From NCBI GenBank assembly GCA_040326155.1, contig JBEQLE010000030.1:1-44507 (forward strand): a stretch of 44,507 nucleotides of DNA. The letters are read 5' to 3'. The notes beneath the pieces are model-generated. The model searched no databases. It was not told the origin of the DNA and worked only from the letters and a program-made list of their open reading frames with translations. Source of the DNA: Leptospirales bacterium (lineage in GTDB: Bacteria > Spirochaetota > Leptospiria > Turneriellales > JAOUFE01). Position 1 is the stretch's first letter, and every line of letters begins with the position of its first letter. The position numbers and the translations under genes are program-made. This document shows, one piece after another, positions 18,893 to 28,045 of this stretch.

Positions 18893-21082
18893 ATGGGCTT
18901 TTTTATCTTTCTTTCAGCTATTGTCATAATAATTTTTGTAAAAAGGGCTAAAAAATCTTCAAACCAAAAGAAGAATGTACGAGTTAGATATACAGATGAA
19001 GGCAAAAGTTACCTTTCAGATTCAAGTATTTTCAATACTGGATACTCAAGTTACAAACGGCAAGCCGCAAAAACGACATTTTACGGAGAGTGTACTTCAA
19101 TAAGTGTAAATGGGTTACTATTAGTTAGCCCCTTTGTCTACGTCTCGAGTGATTCACCGCATAAGACATCTGCGCTGCCGCATATTATATTTGAAAAAAG
19201 TAAAATAATACAATCAGATGCGGAAGTACAATTACACTATTGGCCAAGTTACTCAGACATTCAAGGCGAAGCCAGATATCAATTACTAAAATGGTTGTCT
19301 GATGGAAAAAATAGTGCAGACTTGAATATCGGTCTTCTGTTTATTTATTTTTACAATTTAGAATATCGGGCGATTAAAGAGGGAAAAGACCTTCTGCCTA
19401 TTTTGAAAGAACTCATTAGACTCTACAATTTATTCAGTTTTAATGGTTCCTTTTGTGGTTATGCTGGTGCACTAATTGGATATATTATATTTGCATTGCC
19501 CATTGAGGAGGTGACGCCAAATATAAAAAGTACGGTCATGGACATTATTAAGAGTTCAACTAACTATTCAACACTAAAAACATCTGGTATTAATTTTTAC
19601 TTGAACAAGCAAACAGTGCCAACGAAAGAAAACCTTTTAGAATATGTAATTAGCCAGCCGCGGAGTAAGAACTCCGTGATACCAGACAAAGTAGGGCAAA
19701 TATTTAAAGACTATTTTATTGAATTAACTATCAGGAAAATACCTGATATAATGGATAATTTTACATTGCAGAAGTGTGATTTAAATTACCATTGGGCGTC
19801 TTCCGCCGGATACGCCGAAAGAGATAAAATTATCAAAGGGATGAATCCGGTGATGCCCTCAAAACATCGGAACCGATTAATCAAACTATGGGACAAATGC
19901 ATTGAAGATTTCAGGCCATACAGCAGGAAAATTAACAAAGGAACAGAGGTAGAGCTATTTGACCTATTGCCAAGTGATGCTAAAGATATTCTGCCAAATA
20001 AACTTGCAAATAATTTACATAGCTTTTTCAATGACAATAAAAATACGCCGGTTACTATAAGCGATTTTTTAGAAAGCATCAACTCTGAAGAAAAGCTTAC
20101 TTTGAATTTTTCTAAGAGGTTATCAAGAATAGTCAATGATATAGGATATGCAATCGAACCGGATGTTTCACATACAAATAGATCATATAAGACCGACGAT
20201 TTTATAGTTCTTTTTGAAAAGTCCGGGGAACTGAAAAATTCCTCCGATTATTTTACCGCAACATTAATTTTTGATCTGGGGATGATGATATCTCAGGCAG
20301 ACGATGAAATTCATATTAAGGAAGTTGATACCATTGAGAACTTTGTTATTTCAAATTTGTGCAAAAATAATATTGCAAAAAACAGAATTAGCAAAAGGCG
20401 CCTACTGGCAACAACGGGGAAATTAAATTTTTCTGGTGTCGCAAAAAGTATTGCTACCCGACTAAAGCCTAAAGATATTGAACCAATTGCAGAATATTTA
20501 TACTCGGTTGCTGCTGCTGATGGGAAAATATTGTATGCAGAAATTAAGGCAATTCGCAAGATTGTTAAAGGATTCGGCCTATCTCAAAGTTTTATTGATA
20601 CAATTGAAACGAAATTGGGGATAGCTGAACCAATAACTTCTGCGATATTACAAAGTAAATCGGGAGTAAGAAAAAAAGGGAGCGCAATACCCCCGAAACC
20701 AAACATTGCACCAGAAGTTACTGTTAATATCAATGTAAAGAAACTCGAACAATTGAAAATAGAAACGAGCGCAGTTCAAAATACCTTAAAAAATGTATTT
20801 ACAGAAGATGAAGCTGAAGTGGAAGCCATTATAACACAAGAGATAAAACAGGAAGCGGCAAATGATGTTACTGTGTTAGAAACTAAATTCTTACCATTTT
20901 ATAATCATATAATAACAGAAGAAGCCTGGGAGAAACCTGCATTACGTAAAATAGCTTTAGAGCATGGGTTTATGGTAGATGAAGCTATTGAATCTATAAA
21001 CGAATGGTCGGACGAGAACCTGGGTGATTTTCTCGTTGTTGAAAAAGATAAATATCATGTTAGTTTGGAATTGTTAAAATAA
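18893..21082 (+). CDS. TerB_N-TerB-TerB_C membrane-anchored protein
   Basis: N-terminal TM helix; TerB_N motifs LHYWPSYS...RYQLLKWL and IGLLFIYFYNLEYR; TerB motifs QADDEI..KE and AAADGKI..AE; TerB_C motif IESINEWSDENLGD. Confidence 0.87.
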   Translation: MGFFIFLSAIVIIIFVKRAKKSSNQKKNVRVRYTDEGKSYLSDSSIFNTGYSSYKRQAAKTTFYGECTSISVNGLLLVSPFVYVSSDSPHKTSALPHIIFEKSKIIQSDAEVQLHYWPSYSDIQGEARYQLLKWLSDGKNSADLNIGLLFIYFYNLEYRAIKEGKDLLPILKELIRLYNLFSFNGSFCGYAGALIGYIIFALPIEEVTPNIKSTVMDIIKSSTNYSTLKTSGINFYLNKQTVPTKENLLEYVISQPRSKNSVIPDKVGQIFKDYFIELTIRKIPDIMDNFTLQKCDLNYHWASSAGYAERDKIIKGMNPVMPSKHRNRLIKLWDKCIEDFRPYSRKINKGTEVELFDLLPSDAKDILPNKLANNLHSFFNDNKNTPVTISDFLESINSEEKLTLNFSKRLSRIVNDIGYAIEPDVSHTNRSYKTDDFIVLFEKSGELKNSSDYFTATLIFDLGMMISQADDEIHIKEVDTIENFVISNLCKNNIAKNRISKRRLLATTGKLNFSGVAKSIATRLKPKDIEPIAEYLYSVAAADGKILYAEIKAIRKIVKGFGLSQSFIDTIETKLGIAEPITSAILQSKSGVRKKGSAIPPKPNIAPEVTVNINVKKLEQLKIETSAVQNTLKNVFTEDEAEVEAIITQEIKQEAANDVTVLETKFLPFYNHIITEEAWEKPALRKIALEHGFMVDEAIESINEWSDENLGDFLVVEKDKYHVSLELLK

Positions 21083-21092
21083 AGGAGTAAAC

Positions 21093-22364
21093 ATGTCTAA
21101 ATTGAAAGAGAGAGAGCGTACGGCAATAATCAACTCGTTAAGATCAGGAGTTGTCCCACGAATTGGTCTCCATCATATTCAGGTTGGAAGAAATGATGAA
21201 GTGTCTGAAATTATAAAAGACATAGAAAAATTGTCAAAGCAATCGTCCAGTATTCGTTTAATTATTGGCGATTACGGATCAGGAAAATCATTTTTTCTTA
21301 ATTTATCAAATACAATTGCACATACATACAATGCGATTACAAGTATAGCTGATATCTCAATGGAAAAAACTTTATACTCTCGGGACGGGAAAGCCAGGGC
21401 ATTATACACGGAAATTATTAAAGGTTTATCGACAAAGTCCAGACCTGACGGCAATGCATTGCGAACTATAATTGATTCATGGATTTCGAAAACGATTGGT
21501 ATTGAAGAAGATGTTCCTAAAGAAAAAATATACAAAGAATTAGCCCACCTTAGAGAGCTGGTTTCTGGTTACGATTTTAGCGATATTATTTGCCAGTATT
21601 ATGATGGATATATTAATGACGATGAAATATTATGTGAAAACTGTCTTCGATGGTTACGCGGCGAGTATGCAACCAAGACGGATGCCAAAAAAGATTTACC
21701 CGTTACTGGCATAGTAGATGATCGAAACTATTATGATTATTTGAAAATTATTGCAGAATTTGTCAGGATGGCCGGTTACTCAGGGCTTGTTATTTGTATA
21801 GACGAATTGGCTGTTTTAACCAGATTGCAAAGCAATGTTCGTGCAAAAAATTATGAAACTATTCTCAAGATGCTAAATGATATTTTGCAAGGCAATGTGA
21901 ATGGAATTAGTTTGGTTTTAAGCGGAACACCTGAATTTTTGAAAGATAAAAGAAAGGGATTATATAGTTATGGAGCTCTGGAGTCTCGTTTAAGTTCTAA
22001 CTCTTTTTCACGCGGAGAATTTAAAGATCTGTCAGGCCCTGTAATCGAACTTGATAATCTCTCACAAGAGGAATTATTTCTTGTATTTGGGAATATTCGC
22101 AATGTATTTGCATACCATGATACTGCTAAGCACTTAATAGATGATAAAGGAATTGTCATCTTTATGGAGAAACTGTTCAGCCGAATGGGCGCCGCAAGCT
22201 ACCTATCGCCGCGTGAAGCCATTAAGGATTTTGTTCACGTATTGAATCTTGCCGAGTCACATCCAGACAAAGGGTGGGAGTTCTTTTTAACAGAAGCAAA
22301 CAGCGATGCTTTGGAACAGACCACGCAGGCCGGCACGAACGACCTGAACAGTTTCAAGCTTTAA
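21093..22364 (+). CDS. DUF2791 / BrxD-like P-loop ATPase
   Basis: IINSLRSGVVPRIGL..IQVGR, Walker A GDYGSGKS, RWLRGE, Walker B VICIDE, GLYSYGALESRL. Confidence 0.9.
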   Translation: MSKLKERERTAIINSLRSGVVPRIGLHHIQVGRNDEVSEIIKDIEKLSKQSSSIRLIIGDYGSGKSFFLNLSNTIAHTYNAITSIADISMEKTLYSRDGKARALYTEIIKGLSTKSRPDGNALRTIIDSWISKTIGIEEDVPKEKIYKELAHLRELVSGYDFSDIICQYYDGYINDDEILCENCLRWLRGEYATKTDAKKDLPVTGIVDDRNYYDYLKIIAEFVRMAGYSGLVICIDELAVLTRLQSNVRAKNYETILKMLNDILQGNVNGISLVLSGTPEFLKDKRKGLYSYGALESRLSSNSFSRGEFKDLSGPVIELDNLSQEELFLVFGNIRNVFAYHDTAKHLIDDKGIVIFMEKLFSRMGAASYLSPREAIKDFVHVLNLAESHPDKGWEFFLTEANSDALEQTTQAGTNDLNSFKL

Positions 22365-22368
22365 GAAA

Positions 22369-24489
22369 ATGGATACATTTTCCAAACTTCATGAGGGAGT
22401 TCAAAAAGCAATTTGGAGATTAAATTGGGAGAATTTTAGACCCATACAGGATAAAGCGATCGATTGCATAATTAATTCCAATAATGATTTGATTATCTCC
22501 TCGCCAACAGCGAGTGGCAAAACGGAGGCCGCTTTCTTACCTGCAATTTCGGAAACTGCAAATGAGCTGCACGAAAGTGTTTGTATTCTGTATGTATCAC
22601 CATTGAAAGCGTTGATAAATGACCAGTTTGATAGAGTGGAAAATTTATGCTCCGAATTACAGATAACCGTTACAAAATGGCACGGCGACGCATCCAATAC
22701 TGCGAAACGCAAAATAACCAAGAATCCTAAAGGAATTATACTTATCACCCCGGAGTCGATAGAAGCTCTACTGATACGCAAATCAAATGAAACGAGAAAT
22801 ATATTCAAAAATCTCAAATTTATTATAATTGATGAATTGCATTCTTTTTTAGCGAAAGAAAGAGGTGATCAGCTCCGTTCGCAGATTGAAAGAATTAAAA
22901 ACATAATACCAACAACACCAAGAATAATAGGTTTATCTGCTACAATTGGCGATGAATTAAATGCAAAATTGTGGATTCAAGATAATCCAAATAGTGTTGA
23001 ATTTATAAAGGAAAATCAAGATGGCTTACGTAAAGAAAAACACGGTTCGGTGCATTGCTTTGATCAGTACGACCAAGATATTATAAACTATCAAAAATAT
23101 TTATATGAAGAAACCAGAATTGGTGTCAATTTGATCTTTGCGAACTCAAAAAAGATTTTAGAAAAGCAGTGTTCGAATCTGAAACAGATTGCAAAACTTA
23201 GAAACCATTCAGATAATTATTCTATTCACCATGGTTCTCTCTCGAAAGAAATTCGTGAAGATGTTGAGGAAAACCTGAAGGATACAAAAATTAGAAACAT
23301 TTCTGTATTTTGTACAAATACGCTGGAGCTGGGGATTGATATAGGTAATATAGATAAGGTATTCTTAATTGAACCTATAAATTCAGTATCATCGTTTATT
23401 CAGAGAATTGGACGAAGCGGAAGATTGGATGATATGCCAATTAATTTTAGTTTTTTGATTTATATTGAAAAGCTTGAAAGCAATAGTCTTGAATATGATA
23501 AAGTTAGATTAGATATTATAAAATGTATCGCAATAACATTGCTGATGCTGGAAGAATGGTGTGAACCGAATCCGCCATCATTAAGGGAACCCTCTGTGCT
23601 TGCTCACCAATTGCTTTCACATATTGCGCAATACGGAGAAGCCAAAACATCTAATACCTATGATTTAATAGTCGATAATTCATTTAGGAAATATCTGAAT
23701 ATTGAAGAATTTAAGGAATTATTGATTTTCTTAAACGATCAAGATTATATTTATCAAGATACAGAAATGAACTTACGTTTGTCTTCTAAGGGCGAGGTAT
23801 TAACAGAGCATTACGAGTTTTATGCAGTTTTTAGCAGTCCGGATGAATGGCGTGTATTATATACCGGCAAAGAAATTGGGAAAATACCAATTCTTGCAAG
23901 CTATCAAATTGACGATAAGATACTTTTAGCGGGAAGAATGTGGAAAATTATTGATATTCAAGAAGAGGTCAAGTCGATTTTGGTTTTACCTGCTGGCGGA
24001 GGCAAGCCTGCTTCATTTGGCAATGTTTCCTTCGAAATTCATAAAAAGGTACACGAAAAAATGGTCGAGATATTGAATTCAGAGGACATCCCGGTTTTTT
24101 TGACTGAGAATAGTGTCAATGCCTTAGCAGAAGGTCGATTGAATTTTAATAATATGAAACAAGAACTAGGTACATTTTTTTCCGTTTTTCAGGGTTCCAG
24201 AATTCAGTCTACATTAGCATTATTTTTTAAAAGAATAAAGATTATCTCAGAATCACAAGAAGCCTTTTTTATTTTGAAAAAGATTACCAAGGAGGAAGCT
24301 ATAAAGAAAATGAAAATACAATCTGAAAAACTTTCCACGTTAGCAGATTATATTTTGAATGAGGTTCGATATAAGGATAAACTTATGTATAAATATGATT
24401 ATCTTTTGCCAAATAGTATTCTTTCTCGAGCGTACGTAGACAGGTTTTTGGATATAGAGGGTGCATTATCATTTTTGAAAAATTTGTGA
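22369..24489 (+). CDS. Lhr-like DEAD/DEAH-box helicase (BrxHI-like)
   Basis: PTASGKTEAA, SPLKALINDQ, TPES, DELH, SAT, HHGSLS, TLELGIDIG, QRIGRSGR. Confidence 0.92.
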   Translation: MDTFSKLHEGVQKAIWRLNWENFRPIQDKAIDCIINSNNDLIISSPTASGKTEAAFLPAISETANELHESVCILYVSPLKALINDQFDRVENLCSELQITVTKWHGDASNTAKRKITKNPKGIILITPESIEALLIRKSNETRNIFKNLKFIIIDELHSFLAKERGDQLRSQIERIKNIIPTTPRIIGLSATIGDELNAKLWIQDNPNSVEFIKENQDGLRKEKHGSVHCFDQYDQDIINYQKYLYEETRIGVNLIFANSKKILEKQCSNLKQIAKLRNHSDNYSIHHGSLSKEIREDVEENLKDTKIRNISVFCTNTLELGIDIGNIDKVFLIEPINSVSSFIQRIGRSGRLDDMPINFSFLIYIEKLESNSLEYDKVRLDIIKCIAITLLMLEEWCEPNPPSLREPSVLAHQLLSHIAQYGEAKTSNTYDLIVDNSFRKYLNIEEFKELLIFLNDQDYIYQDTEMNLRLSSKGEVLTEHYEFYAVFSSPDEWRVLYTGKEIGKIPILASYQIDDKILLAGRMWKIIDIQEEVKSILVLPAGGGKPASFGNVSFEIHKKVHEKMVEILNSEDIPVFLTENSVNALAEGRLNFNNMKQELGTFFSVFQGSRIQSTLALFFKRIKIISESQEAFFILKKITKEEAIKKMKIQSEKLSTLADYILNEVRYKDKLMYKYDYLLPNSILSRAYVDRFLDIEGALSFLKNL

Positions 24490-24631
24490 TCCAAGAAGTT
24501 TTGTTGAATAAAACGATTTCTATCACTACTACAAACACAACTCGAACGAAGCAACTTCGCCGGGCTCCCGTGCCAAAAGCCGTAGGATTTTTTTGTGCAA
24601 TAAATATGAAATATTTGCCGAAAAAGTTAGT

Positions 24632-25372
24632 ATGATCATTCAAACCGGTATTTCCGACTATTCAAGTCAAAAATTACGGTGGGCTCAATACGCAGCAAAT
24701 TCGCAGAGTGAAAATAATACCGATTCCACATCAGAAAAAGTCAAAACTACGAATATGCAGGTAGATAAGGCTGATATTTCCGTACACGGAAGAATGAAAG
24801 CCAGACTAATGAGTCTTCGGGAAGTGCGCAATAATATTAAAAGTGGAATCGAAATGCTGGAAACTGCTGACAAAGGCGTAAGGACAATTCTGACCATTCT
24901 CGAGAAAATCAAGGACCTGGCGGTGCAATCCATAAACGGTATTTACTCTAAAGATCACCGTCAACTGATTCAAGTCCAGGTTTCAGAGCTCATTGACGAA
25001 GTAGACCGAATTGTAGAGAGTACCGAATATAACTCAAAAACATTATTAGATGGAGATTACTCTCGACACTCGCGTAAAGCTTCCATGTGGATGCAAATAG
25101 GTCCGAATATGCATGAACGAGAGCGAATTTTCATAAGTACAATGAGCGCTCTAAACCTCCGCCTCTCGAATGTGAAGGGAGAAATAGCAAGTGTCTCTAC
25201 CCCGAAATCAGCACAAGAGACTCTCGATACGCTGGAGTATTCGTTATACCGCGTAAAGAAACAGTTGGCCGATATTGAAGGGTACAACGAACGGTTTAAA
25301 GAAACTCAAATAAAAGTAAACGCCGAGATCGAGTTGCTCGAAAAAAACCTCGGTGAAACAGAAAAACGGTAA
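24632..25372 (+). CDS. Flagellin (FlaB)-derived protein lacking canonical D0 termini
   Basis: D1 motifs LAVQSINGIYS..RQLIQVQVSELIDEVDRI, ASMWMQIGPN..ERERI and QLADIEGYNERF; no LSSGxRIN and no RIRDADxA...QAN. The ATG at 24632 is preferred. Confidence 0.85.
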   Translation: MIIQTGISDYSSQKLRWAQYAANSQSENNTDSTSEKVKTTNMQVDKADISVHGRMKARLMSLREVRNNIKSGIEMLETADKGVRTILTILEKIKDLAVQSINGIYSKDHRQLIQVQVSELIDEVDRIVESTEYNSKTLLDGDYSRHSRKASMWMQIGPNMHERERIFISTMSALNLRLSNVKGEIASVSTPKSAQETLDTLEYSLYRVKKQLADIEGYNERFKETQIKVNAEIELLEKNLGETEKR

Positions 25373-25376
25373 AACT

Positions 25377-26171
25377 ATGATCATTCAAACCAATATAGAC
25401 AGAATCAATCAAAATAAAATAAATCTGGCGGCAAACCATACGGAAAACAAAAGCCGAGTAAATGGCAATGTAGTTAATACAAACTCAACCAATAAAATTG
25501 TGACCGATGCGACCAAGCCGACCGATAAAAGCGAAATTTCCGTTCGCGGCAAAATGACGACTCGTCTAATGAGCCTGCGCCAGGCAAGACAAAATGTAAC
25601 CTACGGAATGAATTTACTAGAAACAGCCGATCTCGCTCTAAAATCTATGCAAAGAATATTGCAAAAAATACGAGTGCTTGCAGTTAAGTCGTCCAACGGA
25701 ACATATACCGAAACGGACAGACAAGGTTTTCAAGTTCAGGTTTCCCAATTGATTGATGAAATCGACCGCATTTCCTCACAAAGTGAATTTAATTCTATGA
25801 AACTGCTTCAGGGTGATTTAGCGCGCGGTTCAAGATTAGCTTCCATGTGGATACAAATGGGCCCCAATATGCACGAGCGCGAAAGAGTTTTCCTGTCGAC
25901 TATGACCGCCGGAGCTTTGCGGATGAGAAGTTATAACGGTGGTATTCTCACAATATCTACGGCAGGTTTAGCGAATGATGCAATTGGAGTAATTGATGAT
26001 GCGCTTGAAAGGGTATATCAAACACGGGGCGATGTCAAAGGGTATACGATCAGGTTCGAAGAGGCCATAGAAAAAACTGATGACGAAATAGAATTACTCG
26101 AGAAATCTTTAGAAGCTGAGTTCGAAGAACCGGACATAGAGAAAGAGCTGAAAAAGAATAAACAAAGATAA
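25377..26171 (+). CDS. Flagellin (FlaB)-derived protein lacking canonical D0 termini
   Basis: LRQARQN..GMNLLETA, IRVLAVKSSNGTY..DRQ..QVQVSQLIDEIDRISSQSEFN, ARGSRLASMWIQMGPN; a charged tail replaces the C-terminal D0. Confidence 0.87.
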   Translation: MIIQTNIDRINQNKINLAANHTENKSRVNGNVVNTNSTNKIVTDATKPTDKSEISVRGKMTTRLMSLRQARQNVTYGMNLLETADLALKSMQRILQKIRVLAVKSSNGTYTETDRQGFQVQVSQLIDEIDRISSQSEFNSMKLLQGDLARGSRLASMWIQMGPNMHERERVFLSTMTAGALRMRSYNGGILTISTAGLANDAIGVIDDALERVYQTRGDVKGYTIRFEEAIEKTDDEIELLEKSLEAEFEEPDIEKELKKNKQR

Positions 26172-26177
26172 TTTTAA

Positions 26178-26798
26178 ATGAAGATGAAAACAACGATATT
26201 ATTAATCCTGGTTTTTACCCAGCTCGACTACGTTTCATCGCTAACATTGAGCACTCAAAACGGTGTAGACAACGGCAAAAAAATAACTATAAACAACTCT
26301 GACAAAATGACCGAGCTGTTAAAATATGTCGAACAAAACCTTGTGGTATTATATGAAATCTTACAAAGAAACAGAGTCCTTGCAGTAAAGGCGGCAAATG
26401 GAATATACACGCCACGCCAGAGAGGGAATTTTAACCAGTCGTTCCAGGAGATGTTCAAAGAGGCGGCGCGTACAATACGAAGGGCAAAATATAATAATTA
26501 TCCATTGCTTGAGTTCACAAACCAAAAATGGGCAGCGCACCTCGTATTAAAACTCGATAGAAAGGATGAACCGGTTGTCTATTCACTTCCCAGAATCTAC
26601 TCCCAAAACTACGGGTACGATAGCTGGTCTCACAACGAAAAAATAGGATGGCCAAATGTAAAAACCACCTGGGAGGCAAGCGCAGCTCTGGGCGATATTG
26701 ATAAAGCATTGGGACAGCTTGATAGCGAACTTACCCTCGTCAGGGCGGTTATACAACGGTTAAACATAGCTAAAAAAGTAGACCATAAAATTAAGTAA
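26178..26798 (+). CDS. Divergent flagellin-D1-like protein with signal-peptide-like N-terminus
   Basis: MKMKTTILLILVF...; ILQRNRVLAVKAANGIYT..QR; AKYNNYPLL; ALGDIDKALGQL...QRL. Confidence 0.72.
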   Translation: MKMKTTILLILVFTQLDYVSSLTLSTQNGVDNGKKITINNSDKMTELLKYVEQNLVVLYEILQRNRVLAVKAANGIYTPRQRGNFNQSFQEMFKEAARTIRRAKYNNYPLLEFTNQKWAAHLVLKLDRKDEPVVYSLPRIYSQNYGYDSWSHNEKIGWPNVKTTWEASAALGDIDKALGQLDSELTLVRAVIQRLNIAKKVDHKIK

Positions 26799-26803
26799 CG
26801 CCA

Positions 26804-27916
26804 TTATTTTTGTTCAGGCATGAGCCTCGCATTTCCTGTATCAATATAATAATTATAATCAAAATTGTCCGAAGAGAAACTTTTCGGGTCCGCGCCCGTT
26901 ATCAGATCGTTATTTACATATACATGCTTTTTATCTTTGGCAAAACTAAAATCAACATCTATTAAAATAATTTCAAAAGTTTCCGGGTCAGCTTTATCAA
27001 TTTTCATCTCATTCTTTGGATGTGCACAATCTGTATATAAGTAATACACTCCGTCGCTATCTTTCGCATAAAAAAAGTTAAAAGGGTAAAAACTCATTAT
27101 ATTATAATCTGTCTTTTTTCCGGAGCAATAAATATAATGTTTATCTTTTCCATAATTATATTTTACAACCGAAAATGAATTCGGATGCGCTCCAGAAATG
27201 ACATCAGCTCCATAGAACACTCTTAAACTGTCTTTTGCATAATCGGACTGTGCATCTAAAATTTGAAAATCTGCAGTATTTGCGTAATAAATTTTCCTGC
27301 CTCTATAAAATACAGATGTATTGTCCCTGGCAAAATTCGTAGATTGAGTGAACAAAGAAAAACTATCGGGGTCGGCGTCGTCTATTTGTAAACCATGATA
27401 ATATACATTGCGTTTATCGAAAGCGTACTCATTTGAATTTTCAGCAACTTGAAAAGTTTGCAGGTCGGCCAATTTAAAATCATTTTCCCATTCATAATAG
27501 TAATACACCCGATTTTTATCTTTTGCATAATCATCATTTAAAGCGATAAAACTCTCCAGGTCGGGACCATCAAAACTCTTTCTCCCTCGATAAATAGCCT
27601 TTTTATCGCGAGCAAATAAAGTCCGGTTTAAAACGTAAAAAGATTCGGCATGGGCCCCGGGTAGATCGTACCCCAGAAAATAAACTCCGTTTTCATCTTT
27701 TGAATATCCAGAATAGAGGACAATAAAAGAGTCATAGTCAGATTTTTTCATATGGTTAAGTCCGTGCTCATCTGCGGCATAAATAAAAGCGTCATCTTTA
27801 TAATAATTATAACCCAGAAATGTTTTACCTTCAATTATTGGTATCGTATCCGGCTTATGACATATTGATATAAACAGCGTAAGACAGATTACTGTATACT
27901 TCGAAAAATTCAACAC
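26804..27916 (-). CDS. DKNYY-family repeat protein, probably exported or lipoprotein
   Basis: Repeated YAKDKNRVYY / ADPxSF units; hydrophobic N-terminus with Cys. Confidence 0.88.
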   Translation of the reverse strand: MLNFSKYTVICLTLFISICHKPDTIPIIEGKTFLGYNYYKDDAFIYAADEHGLNHMKKSDYDSFIVLYSGYSKDENGVYFLGYDLPGAHAESFYVLNRTLFARDKKAIYRGRKSFDGPDLESFIALNDDYAKDKNRVYYYYEWENDFKLADLQTFQVAENSNEYAFDKRNVYYHGLQIDDADPDSFSLFTQSTNFARDNTSVFYRGRKIYYANTADFQILDAQSDYAKDSLRVFYGADVISGAHPNSFSVVKYNYGKDKHYIYCSGKKTDYNIMSFYPFNFFYAKDSDGVYYLYTDCAHPKNEMKIDKADPETFEIILIDVDFSFAKDKKHVYVNNDLITGADPKSFSSDNFDYNYYIDTGNARLMPEQK

Positions 27917-28045
27917 AGTCTGGCGATCTTAGCGCAAACGGCACAACCGGCAATCAGTTTTTGCTCGACATGGCATTCCATAATGCAAAAATCGCTTTCT
28001 GAAAAATTGATTTCAAGATATACATTATAAGAAGGAATTCAGACA

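Larger units (their letters stand above)
17628..24600. mobile_element. Putative horizontally acquired defence island
   Basis: Visibly more AT-rich than the flanks, four co-oriented defence-type genes, and related repeats at both ends sharing ATTTTTTTGTGCAA. No integrase is present. Confidence 0.5.

Noticed and set aside
18893..24489. Complete BREX system or tellurite-resistance operon
   Set aside because: No pglX, pglZ, brxC or pglW, and no terC, terD or terZ, in the window.
24632..26798. Canonical flaB genes or simple pseudogenes
   Set aside because: Both D0 segments are replaced, so they are not canonical. There are no frameshifts or internal stops and spacing is operon-like, so pseudogene status is unsupported.
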